Origin: the human T2T-CHM13v2.0 reference genome, Homo sapiens
NCBI RefSeq assembly: GCF_009914755.1
Contig: NC_060947.1
Reading direction: 5' to 3' (one strand)
Length of the DNA: 64,000 bases
The stretch's first letter is position 1. Every line of letters begins with the position of its first letter. Below, in pieces: positions 44,463 to 56,945 of the stretch. The notes under the pieces were generated by a model, which was given only the letters and a program-made list of their open reading frames with translations, was not told the origin of the DNA and did not search any database. Both the position numbers and the translations under genes were made by a program.

Positions 44463-44674
44463 AGTAACACTGTCCACCGGAACTCTTTGCAATGGTAGAA
44501 GTGTTCTGTATCTGTGCTGTCCAGTGCTGTAGCCTCTAGCCCCACATGTAGCTGTTGAACACTTGAATGTAGCTAGTGCGACTGAGGAACTGAATTTTCC
44601 ATTTTACTTAGTTTTAATTAATTTAAATGGAAATAGTGACATGTGACTAGTGGCTACCTTATTGGGCAACACAG
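44463..44674. mobile_element. MER3 hAT element
   Basis: ctgtgctgtcca...gaacacttgaatgtagctagtgcgactgaggaactgaatttt...cacatgtgactagtggctac. Confidence 0.85.
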
Positions 44675-47264
44675 GACTCCAGAGTTCTTTTCCTCCTTCA
44701 TTGCATGGTATCTTTATTTAACAGTCTTATTCTTTTCAATAAAGTTCATCAAAAGATTTCTGTTAGGTTTTCTGTAGTTACCCAAGTGGCAAACATCTGT
44801 TCCACCAGTAGTTCAACATATTAAAATATTGAATATTTTCTGTATCTGCTTAGATTGCCTTCCATAAAGATTTTGAATCATACACAGGTAGCATTCTTTG
44901 TAACAAAGTCAGGGGACCCAGTATTAAAGTTCTTAATGTATATTATCTCCCAAGATTCCTAGTTCAGATAAAGGGCATAATTAGAGGTGTGTTTAAGCAT
45001 CAGAAACATGTAGATGACTAAGACCATCTCCTTCCCTGGTGTTTTTTATTTTCTAAGATACTAGCAGCTGTTACAGAGTCATGTAGGAAACTTAACATTC
45101 TCTGATAATTGATTGGCTGGTGTAAGTTGGAACAGAGTGACTTTTAGAAAGATGACCATTAGCTAAACTCTATCAGCGTTTATCATTAAATCCAAAATGA
45201 CATTAACTTAAGACATGTTCCAATTTCAGAGATGTTATAACATAGGAGAGGAGATTTATCTTAAAATTGGTGAAATATGGTTTGTCAGTGGGCTTCATCT
45301 ACATTTGGTCAGCTTATAACCAGGGACAGCATTGAGATGTAAATGTCAACTTCTGTTTTGCCCTGTGATTAATTAAACCCTTCATCTTCACCAAAACAGG
45401 TCCCCACCCCACCCCCGCCCCCATTGCTCTCTGCACTTTGGCTGTCCCCTTCCTCACTACCTTATCCTGATTACAATTAATTAACAGAAATCCTGGTGAT
45501 TAGGAGTAGGCTTAAGCTCTTGCTCAGTAACAGTTTGATCACTATACAGATACTCACTTTCTTTAAACACCTCCCTACCCCCCCCCCCCCCCCCACCAAA
45601 TGCAGACGAGGATATTTTATTATAAATAATACTGGAACAAGCTTAACCATCACCTTCTAGCACACAGGCAACTCTGCAGCACTCTTTTTTAGAATACCAC
45701 ATGCTGTAATTCAAATTATCACATTAGCTATCCAAACACACCATTTGTTTTTAAATACTGGTGTGTTTACCTGAATATTTCCCCTTTTCATCTTCCCGCC
45801 CCACTTCACCAGTACATTGTCACTGCAGTGACAGGTTTATTTATGTGCCTTAATATCCCCATTTCTTGTTATTTTAAAAATGTATTTCTGTGTCCCTATA
45901 AGGGTCTTCTTGAACATCTTAAAATATTAGTTATTATGTAAATTCATGTCTTTTCTTTTCCATTATGCCCTTTGAATCTTGCCTTTATTCAGACTTCAAA
46001 ATATTTAAGCACTTCTAAACTCCTGTATTACATTTTTAATACCAATCTTTCTCTGGAAACTGAGAATGCCTTCTGAAACCTTAACAGCCATCAAAAGAAA
46101 TGTGGGGATTTGAATCTATTAAAATAGAAGAGTTTCTTGTCCACAATGGAGTCTGACACCCTAACAGTTACCATTTTGGACACTGCTGTGTAAAGGTTCC
46201 AAATACAAGCCATTCAGAGTTTCCACTCGCATGCAAAACTCATGCACGAGTTAGGGGGTATCATTTATTAGGTGGTAACGAGGAGTCCTGAGTGCTTTGG
46301 TAAATGTGTTGGTTTGTACCATATAAAATTGCTGACATTAGACCATTTTTTTGTGTACAAAATGTGGCAACTTCACATGGGGTCCACCCTGATACTATAG
46401 GTGCAGACCAGTCCAGCTCATATAAATTGCCTTCTCTATTTTTGCTGTTTTCCCTTATTTTTCCTCAATTAGTAATTTTACTCCCATAACCTTCTCTTTG
46501 CTGCCATCCTTTTGTATTTCTCAGTTAATAGTATTTTCTCTAGTGCCCTTCCCTTCTTAACTAATTCCCCAAATCTGTTAGCTGCAGAATTAGTAGCACA
46601 AAGAAGGCTGGTTGCATAGTATGTACCTCCATGATGCAATCAGTACTTACCACTTCAAGTGTTTGACCTGTTTTGAGGTTTTCATTATCCTGAAAGGGTA
46701 GTGTCTCGAATACATTTACTGCCCAATAAATAAGCCAGCATAGTTCCTTACTGCTCAAATGAAAAAAGCAGAAGGGAAAAAAAAAGCTACTTTTTTGTTC
46801 AGTGCTGATAGAAGCCTTGCTATGTGATGTCTTTGTTATGACATGGCTCAGCTAAAGCATCTCTGGAGAATAAAATTAATAAGTACCCTTTGTTATATTT
46901 GCCTTTGTTTAACTGAATATAAATTAATAAATGCAGTTTTTTAGTAGTTTGTTGTCTTTGGATCTTTGTCTCAAGAAAGAAATGAGATATGTTGTATTTT
47001 ATAATTAGAAGTGATAGAGACATCAGCCATCACTTAAAAGTTGGAAAAAAAATTCTAGAAATCATACCATTTTTATTTCTGTCCATTTGTATTTGTAATC
47101 TCCTAGTTTCCAGGGTGATGTGGTGATACAGTGAGTGCTGATTCATTCATATTTTTGTTATTTGGTTGCCATTTTTAAAGAGAATGTCAGTAGTTGGTAG
47201 TGATAGGTAAATAAGAATAAAATAAACATCAAATCCTTTACTGATGAACTGTTCTTTACATGTA

Positions 47265-47420
47265 GTCATGCTAATCTTCACAATAATCTGCTGAATGGAT
47301 GCTCTTATCCCCATTTTACAGATATAAAACAGGTAAACTTATTTTCTAGGACAGTAAATTCTATCTAGTGCAGACACGCATTTGAAACTTAGGGCCAGCA
47401 GACTCCAAAGATGTTAGCCC
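47265..47420 (-). mobile_element. MIR
   Basis: taatcttcacaataatc...ttatccccattttacagat...gactccaaag. Confidence 0.65.
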
Positions 47421-47569
47421 CTCCCGCCCTTCCTCAGTGTCAGACATCCTAGCTATTGAAAAAGAAATCGTTAAACATCTGTGTTACTTTAGTGCCTCTT
47501 TATGGTGTCTATTATTGTTCTATGTTATAAGTTTGTTTTTAGCTTTTTGTTGTTGTTGTTTACCATGCA

Positions 47570-47970
47570 TCAGGCATAAACAAGGTATCTGTTCTCATGG
47601 CACATTCTACAGAAGAGTAAAGAGCAAGATCATTTCAGATAGTAACAACCCCTACAGAGACAATAAAATGGGGTGGTTTGATAGAAGTGGATAGGAAGTT
47701 CTTTCTAAGAAGCTGGTGTTTAAGCTGAGACCTGAATGACAAGAGGGAGGAAATTCTGGAAGCAGAACGTTCTACACCAGGGGAACAACCAGAGGAAAAA
47801 GTCTGAAGCTGGAGCATCTTAGGACAGTTAGGAGGCAGGTGTGGCTGGAGGACAGGCAACGAAGGGAAAGTAACAGAAGATCAAGTTGGACAAATAGGCA
47901 GGGGCTAGATCTTGAAAGAAGGGCTTTGGTAAGGAGTGTGGTATTTCCACTGTGGGAGCTTTTGGAAGGT
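47570..47970 (-). mobile_element. L2 fragment
   Basis: gtgtttaagctgagacctgaatgacaaga...gggctttggtaaggagtgtggtattt. Confidence 0.65.
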
Positions 47971-49333
47971 CCCCCTCCACCAAATGTGCACCTGCTGGAA
48001 GCACTCTGTGTATTTTCTCTAGAAATTATGTACGGAGGTCTAGAGGAAAATGCTAAAGCCTTAAAAATTACATATTAATTAGGGAGATTCTGAAGAGCAT
48101 CACAACTTTCAAAGGTGACTGGGATAATGCAGTCTTATTCCCATATCAGCATGTTGTTTCTTGTGTGCTCTGCTAAGCAGCTGCTAGAGTCCTAAAGACC
48201 TCTAGTATGACAGTGAGTACATTTGTGAGTTGTGTTGCCCCAAATTATAGTAGGGATGGGGATAAAGAAATATGTTTGTATACAAATTCTTGCTAGATAC
48301 TAATAACCAGTGCTGGAGAACCTTCCACATTAGTTCCAGGAAGTGCACTGTAAAGACCTGTTGGTTTTAGTTTTCTCTTGGTACATTTGAAATATGTCAC
48401 TGGCTTTTAAAATTAAATATGCTTTTTATGCTTTTAAGTATTGTCTCTTTTGAACTTTTGAGTGTGAGGGTTGAATTTTTAGTGAGAAAAGAATTTTGTT
48501 TGGATTTGTTTTTAATTAGTATTTTTTAAAAAATATGTTAAGGGCTTCTGGTGGTGGTGGAAAATATTAATTCCTTTAAAAATCTGGCTGTGTTGCTAGA
48601 TCCACATTTGCTTTTCTGTGTTTTTGTGAACAACTGATCAAATTAGATTCGTCACTCTTGGCTTACGGTGATTTGAAATTGAAATGGAATATATTAAAGC
48701 AGCCAACCACACTGATTACATTGCAAGCCTCATTTAATTTCATACATTCACACTTTACAGTGAAAGGCAGCTTTTTTAATGCATGATTGTGACTGTACCT
48801 TGAGCAACTCCAAAGGTCATCTGTAATGGGTGCATAATTTGTTAGTGTTAGATATCTGATTTATGGTAGGTGTTTCTCAGCCTGATTTGTACTAGTAGTA
48901 AATATGGTGAGCATCAAAGTAAAATCTGTAAGAAGTTTAGCCTGTCACATTTGGTGGTATTGTCTTATTCTTCACTGGTCAGTGGACCACAGTAAATCAT
49001 GGACTAGCTGTCATCCTTAAATCGAGAAAGTGCCAGTACTGAGCCCCTGTAGCACAGGGGTTAAATGAGCTATTCTTTTTAAGAGGGCAGGCTGGCCCAG
49101 GTGAAGGTTATAACAGTATTACCAGCTCATCTAACAGTACTTGTTCACAGCTACTTGAGCCCTAGTCCCAAGAAGGCTATAAAAGGACTTTCAGTTTCAT
49201 AGGAGCATGGACATTTGTGAGCTTGCTCTTTTTTCCTTGGTTTTCTGTAGCAGCGAAGTCTACCAACTTCATTTCCTTTGTGTCTTCTGTGTGACAGGCA
49301 CTGTGGGGCAGCCCTCAGAGATCCAGAGCAGAA

Positions 49334-49714
49334 TTTGCTTTTTGTTTGTTTTTTGTTTGTTTGTTTTTGGTTTTTTTCTCTTTGTTTTTGGTTTTTTTTT
49401 TTTTCTTCTCTTTTTTTTTGAGACAGTCTCACTCGTTTGCCTAGGCTGGAGTGCAGTGGCGCAAGCACTGCTCACTGCAGCTTCAATCTCCTGGGCTCTA
49501 GCAGTCTTCCTGCCTCAGCCTCCTGAGTAGCTGGGATCACAGGTGTGTACTGCCACCCGCCCACCCCCACCAGCTAATTCTTTTAAATTATTTTTTGTAG
49601 AGACTGGGTCTTGCCATGTTTCCCAGGCTGACCTCAAACTCCTGGGCTCAAGCAGTCCTCTCACCTTGGCCTCCTAATGTGTTGGGATTACAGGTGTGAG
49701 CCACCACACCAGCC
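49334..49714 (-). mobile_element. AluJ with about 85-nt patterned tail
   Basis: J-type dimer; TSD cagagcag(a/g)att. Confidence 0.93.
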
Positions 49715-50243
49715 CAGAGCAGGATTAAGACACAGTTTCTGCCCTCAAGAAGAAGACAGTTGGATATGGCCATTTGTTCCACTGTGTGGTTTTAAATGAC
49801 ATGAAATGGCTTTAACCCCTTCAGTGACTCAGGAACACAATTTGCATTAGGCAGTCCCCATTGTTCATAGCTTTATCACACATGGGGTGGGTTAGTACAG
49901 TGCTCACGGAGAATAAGACTGACATGGACTTGATGAGAACTTTCAGCTACTTTGAGAATCCAGCTGCAGAGTTGCCTTTGATTTTGGTTGTGACGGTGGA
50001 GACATGTTTACTTTGATCTTCTGTTGCAGTCTAGGGTTTGTTCAGAGATGTGTAGATTTGTTTTTGTTGGCTTTCATCAACCAGTTTGTTATATTGTAGT
50101 TTTCAATAACAAGAGACACCTAAAACCATTTTTTAAAGCTTTATTATTGAAATTCCTGAATGGGAAAAAAGTAAGACAGTTATTCTACCTAACTCCTCTC
50201 TTCTCTATCGGAGGAATTACTTTTAATAACTTTAAAATATATA

Positions 50244-50536
50244 GGCCAAGTCTGGTGGCTCATGCCTTTAATCCCAGCCCACCCTCCCTTCAGCTGACGC
50301 AGAAGAGTCATTTGAGGCCAGGAGTTATAGACCAGTCTGGGCAGCATAGTGAGACCCCACCTCTTAAAAAAAATTAGCTGAGCATGGTGGCACATGCCTA
50401 TCTATAGTCTTTGCTACTTGGGAGGCTGAGAGGCAAGAGGATCACTTGAGCTCAGGAGTTGAAGATTGTAGTGAGTTATGATCGTGCCACTGTACTGTAG
50501 CCTGGGTGACAAAGCAAGACCCTGTCTTTAAAAAAA
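50244..50536 (+). mobile_element. AluJ
   Basis: Diverged dimer; TSD aaa(a/t)tatata. Confidence 0.9.
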
Positions 50537-50544
50537 TCAACAAA

Positions 50545-50602
50545 TTATATATACACATGTATTTATATATATATTATATGTTTATATATATTTATATATA
50601 TA
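50545..50602. repeat. Imperfect (TA)n microsatellite
   Basis: tatatatacacatgtatttatatatatattatatgtttatatatatttatatatata. Confidence 0.85.
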
Positions 50603-50707
50603 AAACCCAAAATTCCCTAGGAAGGTAACTTCATTGTTAGAAACAAAATAGACTTTATAGATTAGTGTAGGGGAAAAACCGAAAGTTGAAGGACCATTTA
50701 AAAAGGG

Positions 50708-50950
50708 CAGCATTCCCAATCTGTTCTATGTAATTCTAGTGTCATTAGTATTCCCGGGGTAACAAAGACTCCCTGACCAAAGAAGTTTAGAAAATGCTAC
50801 ATTCTATATCCCCCGCCCCTTTGTTGTTTTCAATGTATATTAGCATATTTAAGGCTCAGAGGTGTCCTACAATAGAAATTTGTTTAATTTTGTTTTAAGC
50901 CAGCTCTCTCCATATTTATGTAGATGCAGGGCATAGTTTAGAAAACGCTA
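50708..50950. mobile_element. MER112-like hAT-Charlie element
   Basis: gaccaaagaagtttagaaaatgctacattctatatccccc...attagcatatttaaggctcagaggtgtcct. Confidence 0.7.
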
Positions 50951-51559
50951 GAATAGAATTTTGGCAATCATTCATTCTCTTTTACCTTTGCTTAATAAAT
51001 AGTTAATAAAAATTCAAGACTCTACTATCTCCTGAACTAACTTAAACAATATTTTTGAATACCTGTTACATACCTACAAAAGGCCAAAAAAAGTATGAAA
51101 CTAAGAAAATAGGCAGTAAAAGAATGGAAGGAGGAGAGAAGCAAGTAGCAGCCATGAACTAAAATTAATAGTACTGATGAGTTTGTGGATAAAGAAGAGA
51201 GCTGATGATGAAAAGACCAGATTGGGATGGGGGTGGACAGACAGGACCTGCATATGAGTCATCACCTGTGGGTATTGCCAGCTCCCAGACCTCAGGACTT
51301 GTGGACACCAGCATGCCACACAGAAGGCTGTTGGCTGGAATGGTTCAAGATTTTAGTAGTGTGTTATGGCCACCTAGTGCAGGGTTCACAAACTCAAATG
51401 CCTTTAGGACCATGATGAATTATACATGCTGTTTTCATACAGAAAACATGAGCTCTGTTTTGCCAGATGTTCTCATTTTTCAAGGAGAGGAAGAAACACA
51501 GATGGTCCTGTGGAATTGTCTGATGTTTGAACACTGGCTGTAGTTTTTGTATTGCTTTG

Positions 51560-51960
51560 TTAACCAAAACTGGGGAATACTGGGTGAGGACATGGAAACT
51601 CTCTTGCATTTGCTGATGGGAGTAAGTTGGTAGAAGAAATGTGGCAGTATCTAGTAAAGTTGAAGCTGTGCAAACATAAGACCCAGCAATTCCATTTCTA
51701 GGTGTATGCCCTAGAGACAGACACCACCCCCAACCCCCATGTACCACGCTCAAGGTGATGTTTATGGATGAATATCCGCACTGTCTATAATAGTCTCCTA
51801 GGTAAGTAAGTGACAGATAGAGAAGTACATATAAAATGATTTATATAAATTTTAAAAACAACATTAAAATAGTATCTATGTGTTGTTTGTGCTTATACAA
51901 ATATATAGTAAAAGTATAATATGCAGGTAGAAAAGAGATACAGCAAATTCAGAATTGTTG
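51560..51960 (+). mobile_element. L1ME-type fragment
   Basis: tggcagtatctagtaaagttgaag...gacccagcaattccatttctaggtgtatgccctagaga. Confidence 0.7.
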
Positions 51961-52180
51961 CCTGTAGGAAATGGGGGTAGACAAGCTATGTACACTAGGA
52001 AGCCATTGAAGATTTTAAGCAGAGAAGGGGCATGGCAGGATCTGATCTGTTCTTGAAGGTCACTCTGGCTGCTGCATCATAGGGGAACAAGAGGAGACGC
52101 GAGGAAAGTAGTTGGAAGATTTTAGTCATGGTAGTCCTGCGTCTTGGTGGGAGAGAGGTGGCTTGAATTCCAAATATAGT

Positions 52181-52277
52181 GGAGATTTTCTCAACCTTGG
52201 CACTGTTGACATTTTGAGCTAGGTGATTCTTTGTTGTGGAGGCTCTCCTGTCTCACCCCACGACTGAGAACCTCTAG
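52181..52277. mobile_element. Internally deleted MER20
   Basis: ttctcaaccttggcactgttgacattttgagctaggtgattctttgttgtggaggct then directly ...tgagaacctct. Confidence 0.75.
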
Positions 52278-53419
52278 CCTCAGCTGTATATTGGGAGGTT
52301 AAGAGTAAAAATTTCTAATCCATTTTTAAGAGGAAGAGATCAGATGGAGCTTGAGTTAGTGGGAAAAGAATGAGTGGAGGAGGCGAGACTTGAGGTGATC
52401 TTTGCGAGAATGGAACAGACACAGTCATTCCAGAGACACTAAGCATTGACTATTTTAAAACTTAACAAAAGCTTTTCTTTAATCTTATATTTCCCTGCTC
52501 CCACTTCTCCTTTGTAAGATTCTTGTAAGAGAGCTGTATATAGGCTCTTCACTTCTCTAGCATTTAGTTCACTCAACAGCTCTATTGCTCACAGCAGGGT
52601 CCTTAGTGACTTCCTAGTTACGAAACCCAATGGAATCTTTCCAATCCATCTACCATTGACCTCTCCACCCCATTTGTTTTCCATTTTTAAAATGATTTCC
52701 TCTTACATAATCAAAAGTGCAGATCACAATGTATGTTGAGATGTTAATCTATATGTTCATATAGTTTGAAAAATTGTACGTCCTTTGTATCATAGAATAT
52801 TGGACAGCCATTACAATGTGTATTATTATCCATGTTCTGTAAAAGTGAATTGTATGTATTAAGAAAAGCAGGTTTCAGTTCCGTGTAGTTAATATACTCT
52901 CCCCTGTAGTAACACACACACACATATATTCATGAACATCAGTTTAGAAAAAGACTGGCAGGAAATGCACTGAGATGCCAGCAGTCATTTTCCTGACAGT
53001 GTGTTACTTTTATAATTGAGGCAGGGGGCAGCGTACTGAAAACATTGGTTTATCGAGTTTCCCCTCTGTTGTCTTCTGTCTGTGTGCATTCTCCATGGAT
53101 GATCTCATCTGTACCCTACACACCAAGGACTCCAAGTCTAACTCGACTGATCGAGTCCTCTTTCAGACTGACTTTTGGACTCGCATACCTATTGATCTCC
53201 TAGATAGATCCACTGAGATGTCTGTCCCATGAACATCTGTCAAAATCAACATGTCCAGAAGTGAAGTCATTGTATTCCTTGTTCCCCACTAGCTGTTTCT
53301 TTTACCCTCCCTTTCCCAGTCACAGGCACTCCATACCTATCCTGTCATCCAAGCCAGAAACAATCCTATAGACTCTTCTCTCCCATTCCCTCCACATCCA
53401 GTCCATGTCCAAGATTTGT

Positions 53420-53714
53420 GGCCAGGCACGGTGGCTCACACCTGTAATCCCAGCAATTTGGGAGGCCACAGTGGGCGGATCACGAGGTCAGGAGTTCAAG
53501 ACCAGCCTGGCTAACATGGTGAAACCCCGTCTCTGCTAAAAATACAAAAATTGGCTGGGCATGGTGGTACACGCCTGTAATCGCAGCTACTCAGGAGGCT
53601 GAGGCATGAGAATCACTTGAACCCAGGATGTGGAGGTTGCAGTGAGCCAAGAGCGCACCACTGCACCCCAGCCTGGGTGACAGAGCAAGACTCCATCTCA
53701 AAAAAAAAAAAAAA
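53420..53714 (+). mobile_element. Alu (AluSg-like)
   Basis: ggatcacgaggtcaggagttc; TSD a(a/g)gat(t/c)tgt. Confidence 0.95.
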
Positions 53715-53849
53715 GGATCTGTAAGCTGGTTCTACCTCTAAGTACATCCTGCGGCTCTCTCCTTCTACCATTTTCACTTGCTGCCACCGTAGTTCAGGTG
53801 GTCCTCTCAACAGGATTCCTAGACAAGTCTTACTGGTTTTTCTACTTCT

Positions 53850-54142
53850 AGACCTGCTCTGTCTGTTGCAGTAGCCACTAGCCACGTGTGCCTATTGAAC
53901 ACTTGAAACGTGCCTAGTTTAAATTGAGATGCGTCATAAGTATCAGATATACCTCATTAATATTCATACACTGATTACATGCTGAAAGGATAATATTTTA
54001 GATGTACTGGATTAAATGAAACATTAAGATTTACCTGTTTTATTTTAGGGGTTTTAAAAATGTGGCTACTAGAACATTGAATGTTCTCAGAATGGCATAT
54101 ATGGCTTACATTATATTATTATATTTCTACTGGGCCGCACTG
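53850..54142. mobile_element. MER33 hAT element
   Basis: gtagccactagccacgtgtgcctattgaacacttgaaacgtg...gattacatgctgaaaggataatattttagat...aatgtggctactaga. Confidence 0.85.
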
Positions 54143-56214
54143 TGTCTAAGCAGTCATCCCCCCTTTGATTTATCCTCCACGCTGCTGTCAGAATTATCTT
54201 GCTGAAAAACAAAGTCCCTGAGCTAAAAATTCTTTGAAGTCTTTTGGGATAAAGTTTAAGATTAGCTTAACACACCATGCCTTCCCTAAAGGCATTCAGT
54301 TTCAAAAACTTTTGAAACACTGTGCTGTCCACAGTGTCCGGTTAGATTCAGCTGGTAGGTTGCCAGCTTCCAACTCCTGATCTAAGGACTGTCTGTCATC
54401 TCTGTGGCACCTCTACCCTCAAATATTTCAATAGTTGTTAGACAATTGATGCACTATAAATAGATTGAAGTAGAGTTGAGCATATGAGAAAGTACCCTGT
54501 ATCAATTCTACATTCATGCTAAATAAAAAGTTTTATACAGACCCTTAAGGGACAGCTACATTCCTAATACTCTGTTGAAAGTTATCCACTGAGCTGCGCA
54601 CCTCTTCCTAGTAGGCCATATGTGTTAGTGGGCACTCTGAGGAGATTGAAGTGGCTTCGAGGACCCAGCCCCCACTAAGAGCTGACGGCGAGTGAACCAA
54701 CTGGGAAAAGAAACCTTCATGTGTTGACAGTATCAGAAAGATTCGATGGAAAGCTACTAAATTTGAAAAATCGATCCTTATAAGATAATCTTTCTTTTGG
54801 AGTGGGGGGATTACAAACAGGAGGATGTTAGATAAAATGGCAAAATGTTTAAAAAGCTCAACTCATAGGAGGATGTTGGATACAATGACCCTCCAGAAAA
54901 GGAGTTCTGAAATACTAAATAAACTTAAAACAGCTGTATCGTAACAATATTTTGACTCTCCAAAATATGTTTTATTTGTCCATAAGTATGTGTCTAGGAT
55001 GGCTGACAAACTTAGAGAACCATATCTGAGGTATTTATCAGTGAGGACATTCACTAGGTTGTATCCTAACCAGCACAATTTGATACGTATGTAATGCCAG
55101 AATAGCCATGAACAAGGCAGAACTAAAGTTATTTTCAGATACTGAAATACTGTTTTTACTTTGGCTCTGCTGTTGAACCACAGAGTTAGAGGCTTAATTT
55201 TCTTTCTATCAATATATTGCTTTTATTTTTTCTGCACAGGACCTTAATGTTCTGCATGTTTAGTGAGGACACTTCTACTTCCAGTGTAATAGCATCATGC
55301 TTTTAGAGATGCACTTGTTAGACATTTGCAGCTAGCTGTTCCTTTCATGACCTTGTGACTGGGGCTTCCATAAAGATGCACTCCTGCACAACTCCTTTCT
55401 TGCCTCCCACTACAAAACTGTAAACTCGGGGATACTAGTCTGGTTTGCTCAGTCAGTTTCTGCTCTTTTTCACCATCTTGCTTGGATGGCGTCCCTTTGG
55501 TGTCTAGCGCTCTCCTGCTACCTTGCCTCCTTCTCAATCTCTAAAATAAAGGGAAACCTTCTGTTTGTACCATTCAAAAACTGAAAATATTTCTTTTTTG
55601 ATGTGTTTATATTATTATTTCCAGGGTTATTTGTATTGTCAGATTTAACTTGCTCTGTTTTATGTGGAAATAGTGCCAAATATTAGCAAGTAGATGATGG
55701 GTTATATTTGGAGCAGGGTACTTTCCCGTTGTTCTTAAAATCACATATACACAAAGTTGTCCCTAAGGTCAACCCTAAAAGCACACCTGATTTATTTCCT
55801 CTTCGAGTGCCCAGGAGAAAAGACCTCCTTTCTACTTCCTCTTCTCCCAAAGTAAGCAAGACTCACTAAGATTCTTTGGCTGTCTCTGGAACCAAGAATG
55901 GGTTTCACCTGAGCTCAGCCATTCCTCCAACAGAGAGATTCTCCACTTCAAATGCCCAATAAAGCCTAACTTAGGAGCTTTTTTAAAAAAATCTGCCCAG
56001 ACCAGTTAAAGCTCACTCTCTGAGATGGACCCAGGCATCAGTATAATTTCATCCCAGCATACAGCAGCAGTTGAATACCACTGCTCTAAAAAGTCTTAAC
56101 CACCTTCATGCCTGAAGCTTGTTCCTAGCCTGAAAGTTTTTGAGAATATGGCCATTAAGTTCCACAGGGGAAAGAGCATTGTGATGTTAGTCATGACAAA
56201 CTATAATGCTACCA

Positions 56215-56445
56215 CCTGCTGACAGCTGCCATTTATTGATCAGTTCTGTGTCAGGCATTCTGCTATTTCTCTATGTAATCTTTATGTTTTTACTGCATCT
56301 TTATATATATATTATATTTACTTTTTATGCTTTACTATGTTTAATCTTAACTGTGAAATGGGTCTTATTACCATTTCACAAAGAGGAAAAGGAAATGTTA
56401 AAGAGGATAGGTGATGTGATCAAAATCACACAACTGGTAAACGAG
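56215..56445 (-). mobile_element. MIR
   Basis: catttattgatcagttctgtgtcaggcattctgcta...ccatttcacaaagagg...aaatcacacaactggtaa. Confidence 0.65.
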
Positions 56446-56714
56446 GAGAAACAGTTGGTAATATTGATCACATGTTAGATCAAGAACAAAGAAGTGAAAA
56501 ACTGTAAAAAAAAGTAGTTTGACTGTATACTAATTACAGTAAATTATACCAACAGTTTACCATTTGTGCCTAATTACAATATAGCACAATAATGATTATG
56601 ATTATAAATACCATTAAACAGATATCGCATTAACTTGGGCAAATTTCTTTTGATTACAGAACAGCTTAAATCTTTATTATAAATAGGTGTGGAATGAATA
56701 GCTGATAATCATAA

Positions 56715-56945
56715 CTAATATTTTATTGAGTGTTTACTATATGTTTTAGGCATCACAGTAAGGATAAGGACTTTGCGTACATTTTGTTTAACCTTTAAAA
56801 ACTAAAACTCTGAGGTTGGTACTATAATTATTATTAGAAGAGAGGAAACTAAGGCTTGGAGAGGTTGAATAGCTTACTTGGTAAATGGCATATCCAGACC
56901 TTCCACTCAGGATTGCGGGACTCCAATGCTCTTCACTATTCCATC
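56715..56945 (-). mobile_element. MIR
   Basis: tttattgagtgtttactatatg...gaggaaactaaggcttggagaggttgaatagctt. Confidence 0.7.

Larger units (their letters stand above)
52480..54280 (+). mobile_element. L2 remnant interrupted by an L1ME fragment, an Alu and MER33
   Basis: Colinear L2 motifs: cttcctagttacgaaacccaatgg, aaaatcaacatgtccagaagtgaagtcat, caagccagaaac, atcctccacgctgctgtcaga. Confidence 0.6.

Noticed and set aside
44823-44839. AAAATATT-G-AATATTTT inverted repeat
   Set aside because: All-AT arms are common by chance in AT-rich DNA
51205-51543. 112-aa ORF in non-Alu sequence
   Set aside because: No recognisable protein similarity or splice/promoter context; it adjoins degenerate L2/L1 remnants
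55215-55300. Acceptor-like ttttattttttctgcacAG as the POLA1 terminal exon
   Set aside because: The downstream sequence does not encode the POLA1 C-terminus, and no convincing donor or poly(A) signal follows
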